Below, piece after piece: positions 26,354 to 37,969 of a stretch of 64,000 bases of DNA. The translations under genes and the position numbers were made by a program. The DNA comes from Mobula hypostoma (Eukaryota), in the NCBI RefSeq assembly GCF_963921235.1, contig NC_086108.1, forward strand, positions 6,386,001 through 6,450,000. Reading direction: 5' to 3'. Every line of letters starts with the position of its first letter. Positions within the stretch are counted from its first letter, which is position 1. A model generated the notes under the pieces. It was given only the letters and a program-made list of their open reading frames with translations, ran no database searches and was not told the DNA's origin.

Positions 26354-26590
26354 CAGGCGGCTCTGCTCGTCTCTCTGCGCGCTGTCGTGTGTTGGTGAGA
26401 AGTCACCGAATGTCTCCTCCTACTCGCTCTCTCTCTGCCCAAGATGCTGGGCTTTCTGCGTCAGACCCGCTCGCTTCGGCACTCGCGACTCCTCCACTGA
26501 CGCGAGGGCGGGAGGCGAGGCTTCGACTTCAGCTTCTAGAAACCACTTCCATTCAGGTGGTGGAGGATCAGCCGGCAGGCTACTAGTCTT
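26354..26590 (-). promoter_or_regulatory. Putative CpG-island promoter and non-coding first exon of an unidentified gene divergent from EIF3K
   Basis: CpG-rich non-repeat patch ending on the - strand in CTG|GTAAGA (donor at 26349-26353). TGACG half-sites nearby; no open ATG frame runs into the donor. Confidence 0.5.
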
Positions 26591-26756
26591 CGACAAAGAA
26601 CAGAATCGTCTAATGGTCCTAAAAATAATATATAACAAAATTCACCATCTATAAATAGATACAATAGAACATGCTAAAACCTATACATATATAAAGTCTA
26701 GCCAACAACCAATGTGCCATTTCCAGAAATGTTGAAAAATTATTTATTTATTTATT

Positions 26757-26934
26757 CATTCATTCATCTATCAACCTATCTGTCTATCTATCTGTCTGTA
26801 CATCTATCTGTCTACCTGTCTGTCTCTCTTTCTGTTTATCTGTCTGTCTATATCTGTCTATCTGTCTGTCTACCTGTCTATCTATCTATCTGCCTATTTG
26901 TCTATATCTGTCTGTCTATCTATCTGACTGTTTA

Positions 26935-26965
<31 letters not shown>

Positions 26966-27112
26966 GTCTATCTTTCTGTTTATCTGTCTGTCTACCTATC
27001 TGTCTCTTTCTATCTGTCTACCTATCTGTCTATCTATCAATCTGTCTGTCCTTCTATCTGCCTGTTTATCTGTCTATCTGAATATCTACCTATCTATCAA
27101 TTGATTGATTGA
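26757..27112 (+). repeat. Degenerate (TCTA/TCTG)n tetranucleotide microsatellite
   Basis: Read directly from the sequence. Confidence 0.95.
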
Positions 27113-27293
27113 TTGAGAGAGATACAGCACAGAACAGGCCCTTCCAGCCCTTTGTAATGCGCCGCCCAGCTGTCCCTCAATTTAACCCCAACCTAATCAC
27201 GGGGCAATTTAGCCTACTAACCAGTAGGTCTTTAGACTGTGGGAGGAAATCGGAGCAGCTGGAGGAGACACATGCAGTCACGGGGAGAATGTG

Positions 27294-27560
27294 GCCGGCT
27301 GGTGGTGCAGTGGCTTCAGCGCCGGACTTCGGAGCGAAGGCTCCCAGGTTCAAATCCAAGTCGGGCCACCCCCCCCCCCAAGCACACTTTCCATCCGTGC
27401 CGGGTTGAGCGTCGAGCTAGCCACTTGGCCTCGTAAAAACAAGGGTCAAGTCAGGAACATTCATATCGTGACCTGGTTAATCCAAAAGGAGACCAGTCCT
27501 GACACTACGCGCCAGACAAGAATGGCTGACTGTCTGGTGCAACACGCTAGGGAGGAAGGA
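27294..27560 (+). mobile_element. tRNA-Arg(TCG)-derived SINE nested in another SINE, with 11-bp TSD
   Basis: A box TGGTGCAGTGG, anticodon loop GACTTCGGA, B box GGTTCAAATCC. GGGAGAATGTG at 27283-27293 and 27563-27573. Confidence 0.72.
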
Positions 27561-29016
27561 CAGGGAGAATGTGCAAACTCCTTACAAACAGCTGGTGGGA
27601 AATGAATTCAGGTTGCTTGTACAGCAATGAGTTACACCACCCTGCTGTCTATGGAAGGAGAAACAGAATTGATATTTCAACTCTAAGATATCAAATTTCC
27701 AGCAAAACAATTGTTTAAAATTTTTGAAATAGAATTTTTAAATTGTTTTAGATTAACAGCAATATGTTACCTAGCCATTAAATGTTAACTTTTGTAATAG
27801 TTTGTGGGTTAAGAGTGGCTGTTATTTGTGTATGTGATCCTTCAAAACAGATATCATCACCCTTAAGCTAAAGGACACTCTTTGTCTTAACCAAGGAACT
27901 TGGATAAGACAAAGTCATTGATAATAGTTACTTCCTGCCATCTCCAGCCCCACATTATGCCTTGAATCCATCCTTTAACTCCTCTGTATGTATAATCTAT
28001 TGTTAGAAACATGGGAGTAGGAATAACAGAGAAGATGGCAAAAGAACTCGGTGGGTCAGGCAGCATCTACAAAGGAAAATGGACAGTCGACATTTCAGGT
28101 TGAGAACCCTTCATCTAGTTGGAGGCTCCAGATGAAATTCCACTGTCCATTTTCCTCCTCAGATGTTGCCGGACCTGCTGAGTTCCTGCAGCAGCTTCTT
28201 AGTTGCTCCAGGTTCAGAGTGCTTCTACTTCCTTACGAGTTTGCAGCAGTACTTCTACTTCCTTAGACATTCGCAAAGCTTTGGCATGACATCTAAAACT
28301 CTGACAAACTTCTATAGATGTGTGGTGGAGAGTACTTTGATTGACTATATCACAGCCTGGCACGGAAACACCAATGCCCTTGAATGGAAAATCCCACAAG
28401 AAATAGTGGATATGCTCGAGTTTATCACAGGTAAAGGCCATTCCACCATTGAGCACATTAACACGGAGCATTGATGCAGGAAAGCAGCATCCATCATCAG
28501 GGACCCCCACCACCCTCATGCTCTCTTCTCACTGCTGCCATCAGGAAGAAGGCACAAGAGCCTCAGGAATTGTACCATCAGGTTCAGGAATGGTTACTAA
28601 CCCTCAACCATCAGGCTCTTGAACTGAAGGGATAACTTCACTCAACTTCAGTTGCCCCATCATTGAAATGTTCCTGCAACCAATGGCCTCACTTTCAAGG
28701 ACTCTTCATCTAATGTTCTCACTATTTATTGCTTATTTATTTATTATTATTTCTTCTTTTTGTATTTGCACAGTTTATTGCCTTCTGTACTCTGGTGTAA
28801 AGCCCAAGTTGGGCGGTCTTTCATTGATTCTGTTATGGTTATTATTCTATAGATTTATTAAGTGTGCCCACAAGAAAATGAAGCTCAGGGTTGTATAGGG
28901 TGCCACATATTTACCTTTATAATAAAATTTGCATTGAACTTTGAGTGTCTTGCGTCCCCACAGGAACATGAAGAGGAAGGTTAACTCTCAATAGTCCACC
29001 AATCAAGGAGCAGGAG

Positions 29017-29669
29017 AAGATGGCGGTGCGACGCAGCGCACAGCGACCACTCCGGTGAATGATATCTGTTATCTGTCAAGTACCGTGAACAGGGTGCCAT
29101 GCACAATCCTGATTGGATGGAGACAGACGTGAGAAGCACGGAGGAACATCTGGAGAAACTTCTGAAATGCCTTCTTCGCTGCCGCTGCTACTGTGCGATC
29201 GAGAATCTCCGGAGGAGAAGGCCCCGAGTCCTCGGCTTTGCCTGTTGCTCGGCGGCCGGGATGGGGTCGAAGCGCTCGGTAGAGATGGTGCTCGGAGGCT
29301 CGAAGTTTTTGGACAGACTCAGAGTCGGCTGTGGTTGAGTGCTTCCAATGCATCCGCAGTTGTCGGCGCCTGGAGGTTTATGGCAAGGAGAGTTTCTCCC
29401 TTTTGCTGCCTGCTATCGGGACTATCAGGAGTCAATCGGAACTTTAAGACTTTATTTTATTGTGCCCATGGTCTGCTCTTTGTCAAATTATGGTATTGCT
29501 TTGCACTGTTGTAACTATATGTTATAATTATGTGGTCTTGTCAGTGTTAGTCTTTGGTTTGTTCTTTTTTTGTGTGATATCACTCTGGAGGAACATTGTA
29601 TCATTTCTTATTGCATGCATTTCTAAATGACAATAAACAAGGACTGAGGGTCCTCATAATCTAATCTAA
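29017..29669 (+). mobile_element. Probable non-autonomous retroposon with AAGATGGCG 5' end and (ATCTA)n tail
   Basis: CpG-rich head starting AAGATGGCGG, T-rich body, AATAAA then aatctaatctaa. Single copy in this window. Confidence 0.45.
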
Positions 29670-30048
29670 AGTTTATTTGTTAACAGATAGTGCTAAGAAA
29701 AATGTATCAATCTCAAATTTAAAATTAGTTAATAGCAACAAATGCCTACCATAAATTCCTGTGTACATAAGTGCTACCAAAAAAGCATGATTCTAATAGT
29801 TAATATATGCCTCCTAATCCTAGATGCCCATACCAACATTCTCTTAATATATCATATCATTTGCCTTCAACCTGTGCAGAATTATTCGAATCATTACATG
29901 CCAGGGAATATGACTCCAGTTTGTCATAGACTCATAGAACACTACAACACAGAAACAGGTCCTTTGGCCCATCTAGTCTGTGTCAAACTATTAATCTACC
30001 TAATCCCATCCACCTGCACCTGGACCATAACCATCCATACCCCTCCCA

Positions 30049-31092
30049 AGCCTCACAACACGCTGGAGGAACTCAGTAGGTCGGGCAGCATCCGTGGAAA
30101 AGATCGGTCGATGTTTCGGGCCGGAACCCTTCATCAGGACTGTAGAGGGAAGGGGCAGAGGCCCTATAAAGAAGGTGGGGGGAGGGTGGGAAGGAGAAGG
30201 CTGGTAGGTTCCAGGTGAAAAACCAGTAAGGGGAAAGATAAAGGGGTGGGGGAGGGGAAGCAGGGAGGTGATAGGCAGGAAAGGTGAAGAAGGAATAGGG
30301 GAAAACACAATGGGTAGTAGAAGGACCTCCTCTCTTGCCACCATTCAGGGCCCCAAACAGTCCTTCCAAGTGAGGCAACACTTCACTTGTGAGTCTGTTG
30401 GGGTCATCTATTGCATCTGATGCTCCCCGTGCGGCCTCCTCTACATCGGTGAAACCCGACGCAGATTGGGGGACCGCTTTGTCGAGCACCTCCGCTCCGT
30501 CCGCCAAAACCGACAGGATCTCCCAGTAGCCACCCACTTCAACTCTGCTTCCCACTCCCATTCAGATATGTCCATACATGGCCTCCTCTACTGCCATGAT
30601 GAGGCTAAACTCAGGTTGGAGGAGCAACACCTCATATACTGTCTAGGTAGTCTCCAGCCCCTTGGTATGAACATAGAATTCTCCAACTTCTGGTAATTCC
30701 CTCCCCCTCCCTTCATCTATCCCTATTTCACTCTGCCCCCTCCCCCAGCTGCCTATCACCTCCCTCATGGTTCTGCCTCCTTCTACTACCCATTGTGTTT
30801 TCCCCTATTCTTTCTTCACCTTTCCTGCCTATCACCTCCCTGCCTCCCCTCCCCCACCCCTTTATCTTTCTCCTTACTGGTTTTTCACCTGGAACCTATC
30901 AGCCTTCTCCTTCCCACCCTCCCCCCACCTTCGTTACAGGGCCTCTGCGCCTTCCCTCTACAATCCTGACGAAGGGTTCCGGCCCGAAACGTCGACCGAT
31001 CTTTTCCACAGATGCTGCCCGACCTGCTGAGTTCCTCCGGCGTGTTGTGAGTGTTGCTTTGACCCCAGCATCTGCAGGTTATTTTGTGTTTA
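30049..31092 (+). mobile_element. Penelope-like insertion with inverted pseudo-LTR and 13-bp TSD
   Basis: Inverted arms 30052-30325 and 30778-31051 flank a GIY-YIG fragment. catacccctccca (30036-30048) vs catacccttccca (31093-31105). Confidence 0.88.
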
Positions 31093-33424
31093 CATACCCT
31101 TCCCATCAATGTACTTATCCAAATTGACTTTAAGTGCTGAAATTAAACCTGCATCTCACCACCCTCTGTGAAGTTCACCTTTCACCTTTAACCCTTGACC
31201 TCTAGTTCTAGTCACACCCAACACTAGCAGAAAAAGCCTGATTGCATTTACACTACCTAGACCCTCATCATTTTGAATGGCTCTATCATATCTCCCTCCT
31301 TCAGAACTTGGAGTTTTTCCTCTTTTGTATTCCTTGCTGAGATTGTGAACATGCAGGTTGGTGCTACGTTAAACATCAATGTCTCCAGTCTGAAAATGCA
31401 GGAAGGAATGAATTTTGTTCTCTACTTGAGGTCCATGGACCCCTTGGTTAATGGTAAGGCTCCATGACATTCAGAAAGTTCAGGCAGCATCAACGTTTTG
31501 GGCTGAAACCCTTCTTCAGAACTGTGGAAGTGTCTCAGCCTGAAATGTTGACTGTTTACTCCCCTCCATGATGCTGCCTAACCTGCTGAGTTCCTTTAAC
31601 AACGTAAACACGAGGAATTCTGCAGATACTAGAAAGTTCCTTTAACATTTTGTGTAGCTGCATTGATTTGGTTTTCCAGTATCTGCAGACTTTCCTGTGG
31701 TGATGGCATAAAAAAAAATTTGGAGCTTCTGAAACAAAGAAAAACGGGGGCATTCTTGCCCAAGAGAAGGACGAGAGGGAAAAAAACATGGTTAGATGCC
31801 ACTAAGTAGATGGCAATGCCTTAACCATTTGTGTGTTGTAAGGCCACTAGGGCCCCTTCCATCCTTATCAAGGGGAGTGCTAACCTTCTCTCCTTTCATA
31901 CAACACAACTTTTCTCTTGGAGAAAAATGTTATTTAAAGCTTGAAATTACAATTCACGTTAAGGTAATGATGAGTAATTCAATTGATTATATATTTCCTA
32001 GTTCACATTCTCAATTTTACATTAAAACGATATAATCATATCTGATATCTGTGCATTGAGCCTGAATTTCAAATTTTATTGCACTAAAGCAATTGTTTTA
32101 ATTATGCTAATATATGCACAGTTTCAGCCAATTATAATTCGCTAAATATATTAGCTACAGGGCGTCACTGAAAGTTTGCGCAATAAATCTAACGAAAAAG
32201 CCTGGATGCAGTATGGAAAGGGAATGATTTTACGGCGGGTTAAATTAACGCGAAATTTAATCGTATAGACAAAACTGCTCCAACTGTGCGGTTTGCGCAT
32301 GCTTCAATGGGTGTCCCGGCGCTCCGACGGTAAAAGAGCGATAACTTGCAGTCAAAGCTCCAAGATTGTTTCATGTCATTTCTGGTACAAAAGTATAAAG
32401 CAGAACCAAATAATTGTTACTCCAGATCCGATGCAGCACAAGAAGAAACATAATAAGATAAAGAACACAATAATAATTTAAAAAAGACAAAATAGTTTAT
32501 ATACATAGATCGAATGGCTGTCCATCAAGTCACAATCAGAATCAGTTTCAATACCACCGACATTATGTCGTGAACTTTCTTGTCTTTACGGCAAAGTACA
32601 ATACAATACCTACTAATTGAGCAAGGCACTTAACCACACATTGCTCTGCGATGACACTGGTGCCAAGCTGTATCGGCCCCAATGCCTTTCCCTTGGACAA
32701 CATTGGTGTTGTGGAGAGGGGAGACTTGCAGCATGGGCAACTGCTGGTCTTCCATACGACCTTGCCCAGGCCTGCAACCTGGAGACCTTCCAAGGTGCAA
32801 ATCCATGGTCTCACGAGACTAACGGATGCCTATAAATGTTCCACTCTCAGAAAATAGAGGTGTTGGTGAGCTTTCCTGATCGTGTGGAATGTGTCCAGAG
32901 GTGTCAACAGCAACAGCTCCACATCAGATGCCACATCTTTGGCTCTTCACTCAGCCCTGGAACATCTGTACTGCAAAGATGCATTCATCAGGATGCTCTT
33001 CATTGACAAAAGCACAAACATCAAACCCTCAAAACTAATCAATGCCTCTATTCTCTACTTCCTCACTCGCAGACCCCTGTCGGTTCAAATTGGCAACATC
33101 TCCTCCATGATCTCCATCGGCACAAGGGTGCCACAAGCCCCCTGCTTTACTCACTTTACATTTATGACTGTGAGAAAAGTACAGCTTGAATGCCATATTC
33201 AAGTCATAGGCTGAGTCAAAGGTGGTGATGAATCAACAAATGAGAGGGAGATTGAAAATCTCCTGAATGGTGCCATAGCAACAACTTCTTACTCAATGAC
33301 AGCAAGACCAAGGAGCTGATTCTAGACTTCAGAAGAAGGAAACCAGAGGTGTCTGAGCCAGTCCTCATTGGAGGATCAGAGGTAGAAAGGGTTAGCAACT
33401 TTAAATTCCTTCGTGTTTTTAACA

Positions 33425-34508
33425 GAAAGCCTCATCTGCTCCGAGGATGAGGCTTTCCGTTCCAGGACATCTCAAATGTCCTCTTTCTTTAAGGATCGTG
33501 GTTTCCCTTCTACCGTCATCAATGATGCCCTCACCCACATCTCCTCCATTTCCTGCACTTCGGCCCTCACCCCATCCTGCCACCACCACAACAGGGACAG
33601 AGTTCCCCTTGTCCTCACCTACCACCCCACCAGCCTCCGCATCCAGCACATTATCCTCCGCAACTTCCGCCACTTTCAACAGGACCCCACCACGCAGCAC
33701 ATCTTCCCCTCTCCGCTTTCCGCAGGGGTCAGTCCCTCCGCGACTCCCTTATCTGCACGTCCATCCCCACTGATCTCCCACCCGGCACTTATCCCTGTAA
33801 GCGTAAGTGCTACACCTGTCCCTACATCCCTTCTCTTGCCACCATTCAGGGCCACAAACAGTCCTTCCAGGTGAGGCAACACTTCACTTGTGAGTCTGTT
33901 GGGGTCATCTATTGCATCCAGTGCTCCCGGTGCGGCCTCCTCTACATCGGTGAAACCCGACGCAGATTGGGGAACCGCTTCGTCGAGCACCTCCGCTCCG
34001 TCCGCCAAAACAGACAGGATCTCCCAGTAGCCACCCACTTCAACTCTGCTTCCCGTTCCCATTCAGATATGTCCATACATGACCTCCTCTACTGCCACGA
34101 TGAGGCTAAACTCAGGTTGGAGGAGCAACACCTCACATACTGTCTAGGTAGTCTCCAGCCCCTTGGAATGAACATAGAATTCTCCAACTTCTGGCAATTC
34201 CCTCCCCCTCCCTTCCCCTATCCCTATGTCACTCTGCCCCCTCCCCCAGCTGCCTACCACCTCCCTCATGGTTCCGCCTCCTTCTACTACCCATTGTTTT
34301 CAGGGCTATGACCTCAATGCTTCCTCTCCCCCACCCCTTTGTCTTTCAAATTACTGGTCTTTCAACTGAAGCTACAAGCATTCTTCAAATCCTTCCCCAT
34401 CTTTCATTCTTCAGTCCTGACGAAGGGTTCCGGCCGGAAACGTCGACCCATCGTTTCTGACTGATGCTGCCCGACCTGCTGAGTTGATCCAGTGTACTGT
34501 GAGTGTTA
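33425..34508 (+). mobile_element. Penelope-like element 3' part (RT C-terminus, GIY-YIG endonuclease, pLTR)
   Basis: ORFs 33413-33874 (RGFP..RVPLVLTYHP) and 33871-34311 (VIYCIQCSRCGLLYIGET..R..EH..HFN). Hammerhead-like motif at 34412-34447. Confidence 0.9.
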
Positions 34509-34509
34509 C

Positions 34510-34746
34510 CGAAAGTTTGGCCGATGCAGGAATGCGCATGCGCTTTAATTACCCTCGTCGGGTGCCGACGGCCGGTACAAGGCGTGCTTTTCAGTCACGG
34601 CCGGGGGTTAACGTCGGTATAGCGCATGCCTACTTGGTGTTTGGCCCTTTGACCCCTCTCCCTTTTTGACGGAGCCGCGTGTGAAGGCCTGTGTTCTCGG
34701 TGTGGAACCTGGGTTTGGCGTCCTCCTCTCCCCCGGTGACAGAGCC
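34510..34746 (+). promoter_or_regulatory. EIF3K: CpG-rich EIF3K promoter/5'UTR with NRF1-like site and TCT/TOP-like pyrimidine tract
   Basis: CpG-dense non-repeat DNA directly upstream of the ATG. TGCGCATGCGC at 34533-34543; CCCCTCTCCCTTTTT at 34653-34667. Confidence 0.7.
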
Positions 34747-34805
34747 ATGAGTGCCATTGAGCAGATGCGGGCCAACGTGGGCAAGCTGCTAAAGGGCATC
34801 GACCG
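34747..34805 (+). CDS. EIF3K: eIF3 subunit K, coding exon 1 (MSAIEQMRANVGKLLKGIDR)
   Basis: ATG in gccATG context at 34747. Translation matches the vertebrate eIF3k N-terminus (EQMRANVGKLLKGIDR). Ends at CG|gtgagt donor; 59 nt. Confidence 0.97.
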
Positions 34806-36775
34806 GTGAGTGCGGGAGCCGGGGCTATGGAGGGAGAGTGGAGGAGGGTCCGGGAGGGCCAGCAGGAAGGAGGGGTGGGGAAAACGCTGAGAGAGGGGTA
34901 GAGTAGTGGTGGGGGAACGGTGAGCTCAGTGGATGCTGGAGAACCAGGAGAGCCCGGGGGACCGGATGGGGGGTGGGTAGTTGGACCAGGGTACCGAGAT
35001 GGGGCGAGAGGGTAACAGATGCTGGAGGACCGGGAGACTAGCGTCTGAGACCAGGGAGGATGGGGTGTGTGTAGGGAAAGTATGAGATGGAGGCCTGTCC
35101 AGGGCTGTAGCCTCGATGATTCAGTAGGTTGCAGGTGTGACGAGATTCGAGCCCCTGGGTCCACTTTAATGATTCATGAGCCTTTAAAGTTGTGATAGTA
35201 TTGAAGTTAGGGGAAGGCATGGGTGGGGAGAGGGGCTATCCAGGGCTGGAGTCTCGATGATTCGATAGGTGACAGCGTCACTAGATTCAAATTTCAAAGT
35301 AAATTTTATTATCAAAGTACGTATTTGTCACCGTATTCAACCCTGAGATTCATTTTCCTCCGGGCATACTCAGAATAGTAACTATAACGGGACTAATGAA
35401 AGATCAACCAGAATGCAGACGACAACAAACTGTGCAAGTGCAAATATAAATAAATAGCAATAAATAACGAGAACATGAGATAAAGAGTCCTTAAAGTGAG
35501 ATGATTGGTTGTGGGAACATCTCATTGATGGGGCAAGTGAGTGTAATTATCCCCTTTTGTTCAAGCGCCTGATGTTGAGGGGTAGTAACTTCTTGAACCT
35601 GGTATTGTGAGACCTGAGGCTCTTGTACCTTCTACCTGATGGCAGCAGTGAGAAGAGAGCACGGCCTGGGTGGTGGGGATCTCTGGTGATGGATGCTGCT
35701 GTCCTGCAACAGCGTTTCATGTGGATGTGCTCATTGGTTGGTAGGGCTTCACCCGTGATGTACTGGGCCATATCATTACCTTTTGTAGGATTGTCATGAT
35801 GCAGCCAGTCAATACGCTCTCCACTACACATCTGTAGGTGTGCTGGAATCTCAGTGAAGAAGCTGATGAGCCTTCCTTGTAATAAAGCTGACATAAGTCA
35901 GTGCAGGAGCCATGTGCCTATTTTGTGTCTGTCTGTATTGTATTTTGCAGCATGTTTATTATGGGTAATTTGTCCTGTGGGTTGGGGCGTGGTAGAAGCA
36001 AATGAGTATAGTTACATTAGTTTTGTTTAGTTGGGGGGGGCGCGAGCCATGGGGAATGATTTTTCTTTGTTGACCGCTAACTAGATCGCTATCATTGCTA
36101 ATTATGCTTAGTTATATTGCTAGTTCGGCCACTTAGTTATTCTAATTTGAGTGCTAAGATTGCTACATCACTAATTCAGTTATAGGGCATCATGGTAGTG
36201 TAGTGGCTAGCACAATGCTTTACAGTACGGGTGACTAGGATTCAAATCCCACTGCTGCCTTTAAGGAGTTTGTACTTTCTCCCCATGACCATGTGGGATT
36301 CCAAAGACATACAGTCTGCTTGGTTAGTTGGTCATTGTAAATTATCCCGTGATTAAGCTAGGATTAAATCAGGGGATTGCTGGGCGACATAGCTCAAATG
36401 ACCAGAAGGGCCTATCTTAAATAAATGGGTTCATTAGTTTCTTTTAAATTGCTACTAGATTGCTCGTCTTTGCTGGTTTCATAATAAAGGATCAAATGTA
36501 CTTTTTTGGATTTGAAAATTCATTATTTGGAAGCGTGTCAACTACCTTGACTTAGTCTCTCAGTGGGTTTGGTTTGTTTTCAAGTAACCACTATAGTCTG
36601 GAGTTTGCCGACATATCTAAAGGAACCATTTGGGGTTTTGTGACACTCCAGCACATCCTAGATGCCCCCATTTTTTAATGTGATTCATATCCTCAAGCTT
36701 CACTAATTTCTATGCTTAAATTTATTTGCTCAGGTTTATCGATTACGGTGTCTAATCCTTTGCCCTCTCCCACAG

Positions 36776-36874
36776 ATATAACCCTGAGAACCTCTCAACT
36801 TTAGAAAGATACGTGGAGACCCAGGCCAGGGAGAATGCCTATGATCTGGAAGCCAATCTGGCAGTACTCAAACT
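36776..36874 (+). CDS. EIF3K: eIF3k coding exon 2 ([33 protein letters not shown])
   Basis: Pyrimidine tract plus cacag acceptor, 99 nt, in phase with exon 1, CT|gtgagt donor. Near-identical to the known eIF3k sequence. Confidence 0.97.
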
Positions 36875-37969
36875 GTGAGTATAATTCTCTTCATAAGTGG
36901 TAGAGGGGTGACTTGAGACCAAGGCTGTGAGCCTACTTCTGCTGTTCCGGGTTTGGATTGATGGACTTAATTTGGTTCTGAATGCTGTTGCTTGCTTTTA
37001 TTGTTTGCATTTGTTTTTTTCTCCCCCTCACCTGGAGGTTGGTCTTTTTTTTTAAATTGGGTGTTGGACTTTTTTAAAATTGGGTTCTTCGGGTTTCATG
37101 CTTTGTGGCTGCCTGTAAACAGATGAATCTCAAGGTTGTATAATTTATATATTGATAATTGCTCTGATCTAAAGTATCATAGCTCCTTTTTTTCCAAGAG
37201 GCTCGCAGCTGAATATATTTCAGACCCTTTTGGGTTCAATCTCCAAATTTCTGGGGTCTGTAGTATCTTGCTTTCATATTTTTTTAATGTATTGATACAG
37301 CACGAATTAGGCCCTTCCACCCTTTTGATACATGCTGCCCCTGCAAGCCCTGACAAACCTGGCTACCCCTAACCCAATCACAGGACAAGCTACAATGGCC
37401 TTTTAACTGACCTGGTACGTCTTTGGATCGTGGGTGGATACCGAAGCATCCGGAGGAAACCTACACATTCCACGGGGAGGGTGTGCAGACTCCTTGCAGA
37501 ACAGCGCTCAGAATGGAGCTCCGGAGTGCCCTGAGCTGCAATAGTGTCACATTACCGTGCTGCCTGAAACATAAATCATCGCCCCAGGTGGGACAGTTGT
37601 CATTGCCAAACCTGAGTGTTTTGTCCCTGTATTTATTTTCCCGAATAACACTGATCTATTGAAACATTTTAATTCTGATTCCTATTCCTATTTGGATATT
37701 TCAGTCCATGGCCGCCTCTTGTGCCAAGATGAGGGTGGAGGAGCAACACCTTATATTTCTGTCTGGGTAGCCTCCAACCTGATGGCATGAATATAGATTT
37801 CTCCTTCCATTAAACACATTCCCCCCTCCTTCCCCTATTCCCCACTCTGTCCTTTCACTTCTTCTCACCTGCCTATTACTTCCCCTGGGTCCCCTCCTCC
37901 TTCCCTTTCCCCTGTGATCCACTTTCCTCTCCTATCAGGTTCCTTCTTCTCCAGTCCTTGACCTTTCCT

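Noticed and set aside
26714..27112. 132-aa hydrophobic ORF
   Set aside because: It is the translation of the TCTA/TCTG microsatellite.
27294..27368. Functional tRNA-Arg gene
   Set aside because: Stems pair poorly, there is no T-run terminator, and it is embedded in a TSD-flanked SINE body.
34595..35164. 189-aa antisense ORF over EIF3K exon 1
   Set aside because: Pro/Ser-rich product of GC-rich sequence with no recognisable domain.
36721..36775. Alternative acceptor (ctcag, 36733) 42 nt upstream of exon 2
   Set aside because: It would include an in-frame TAA, and there is no evidence of use.
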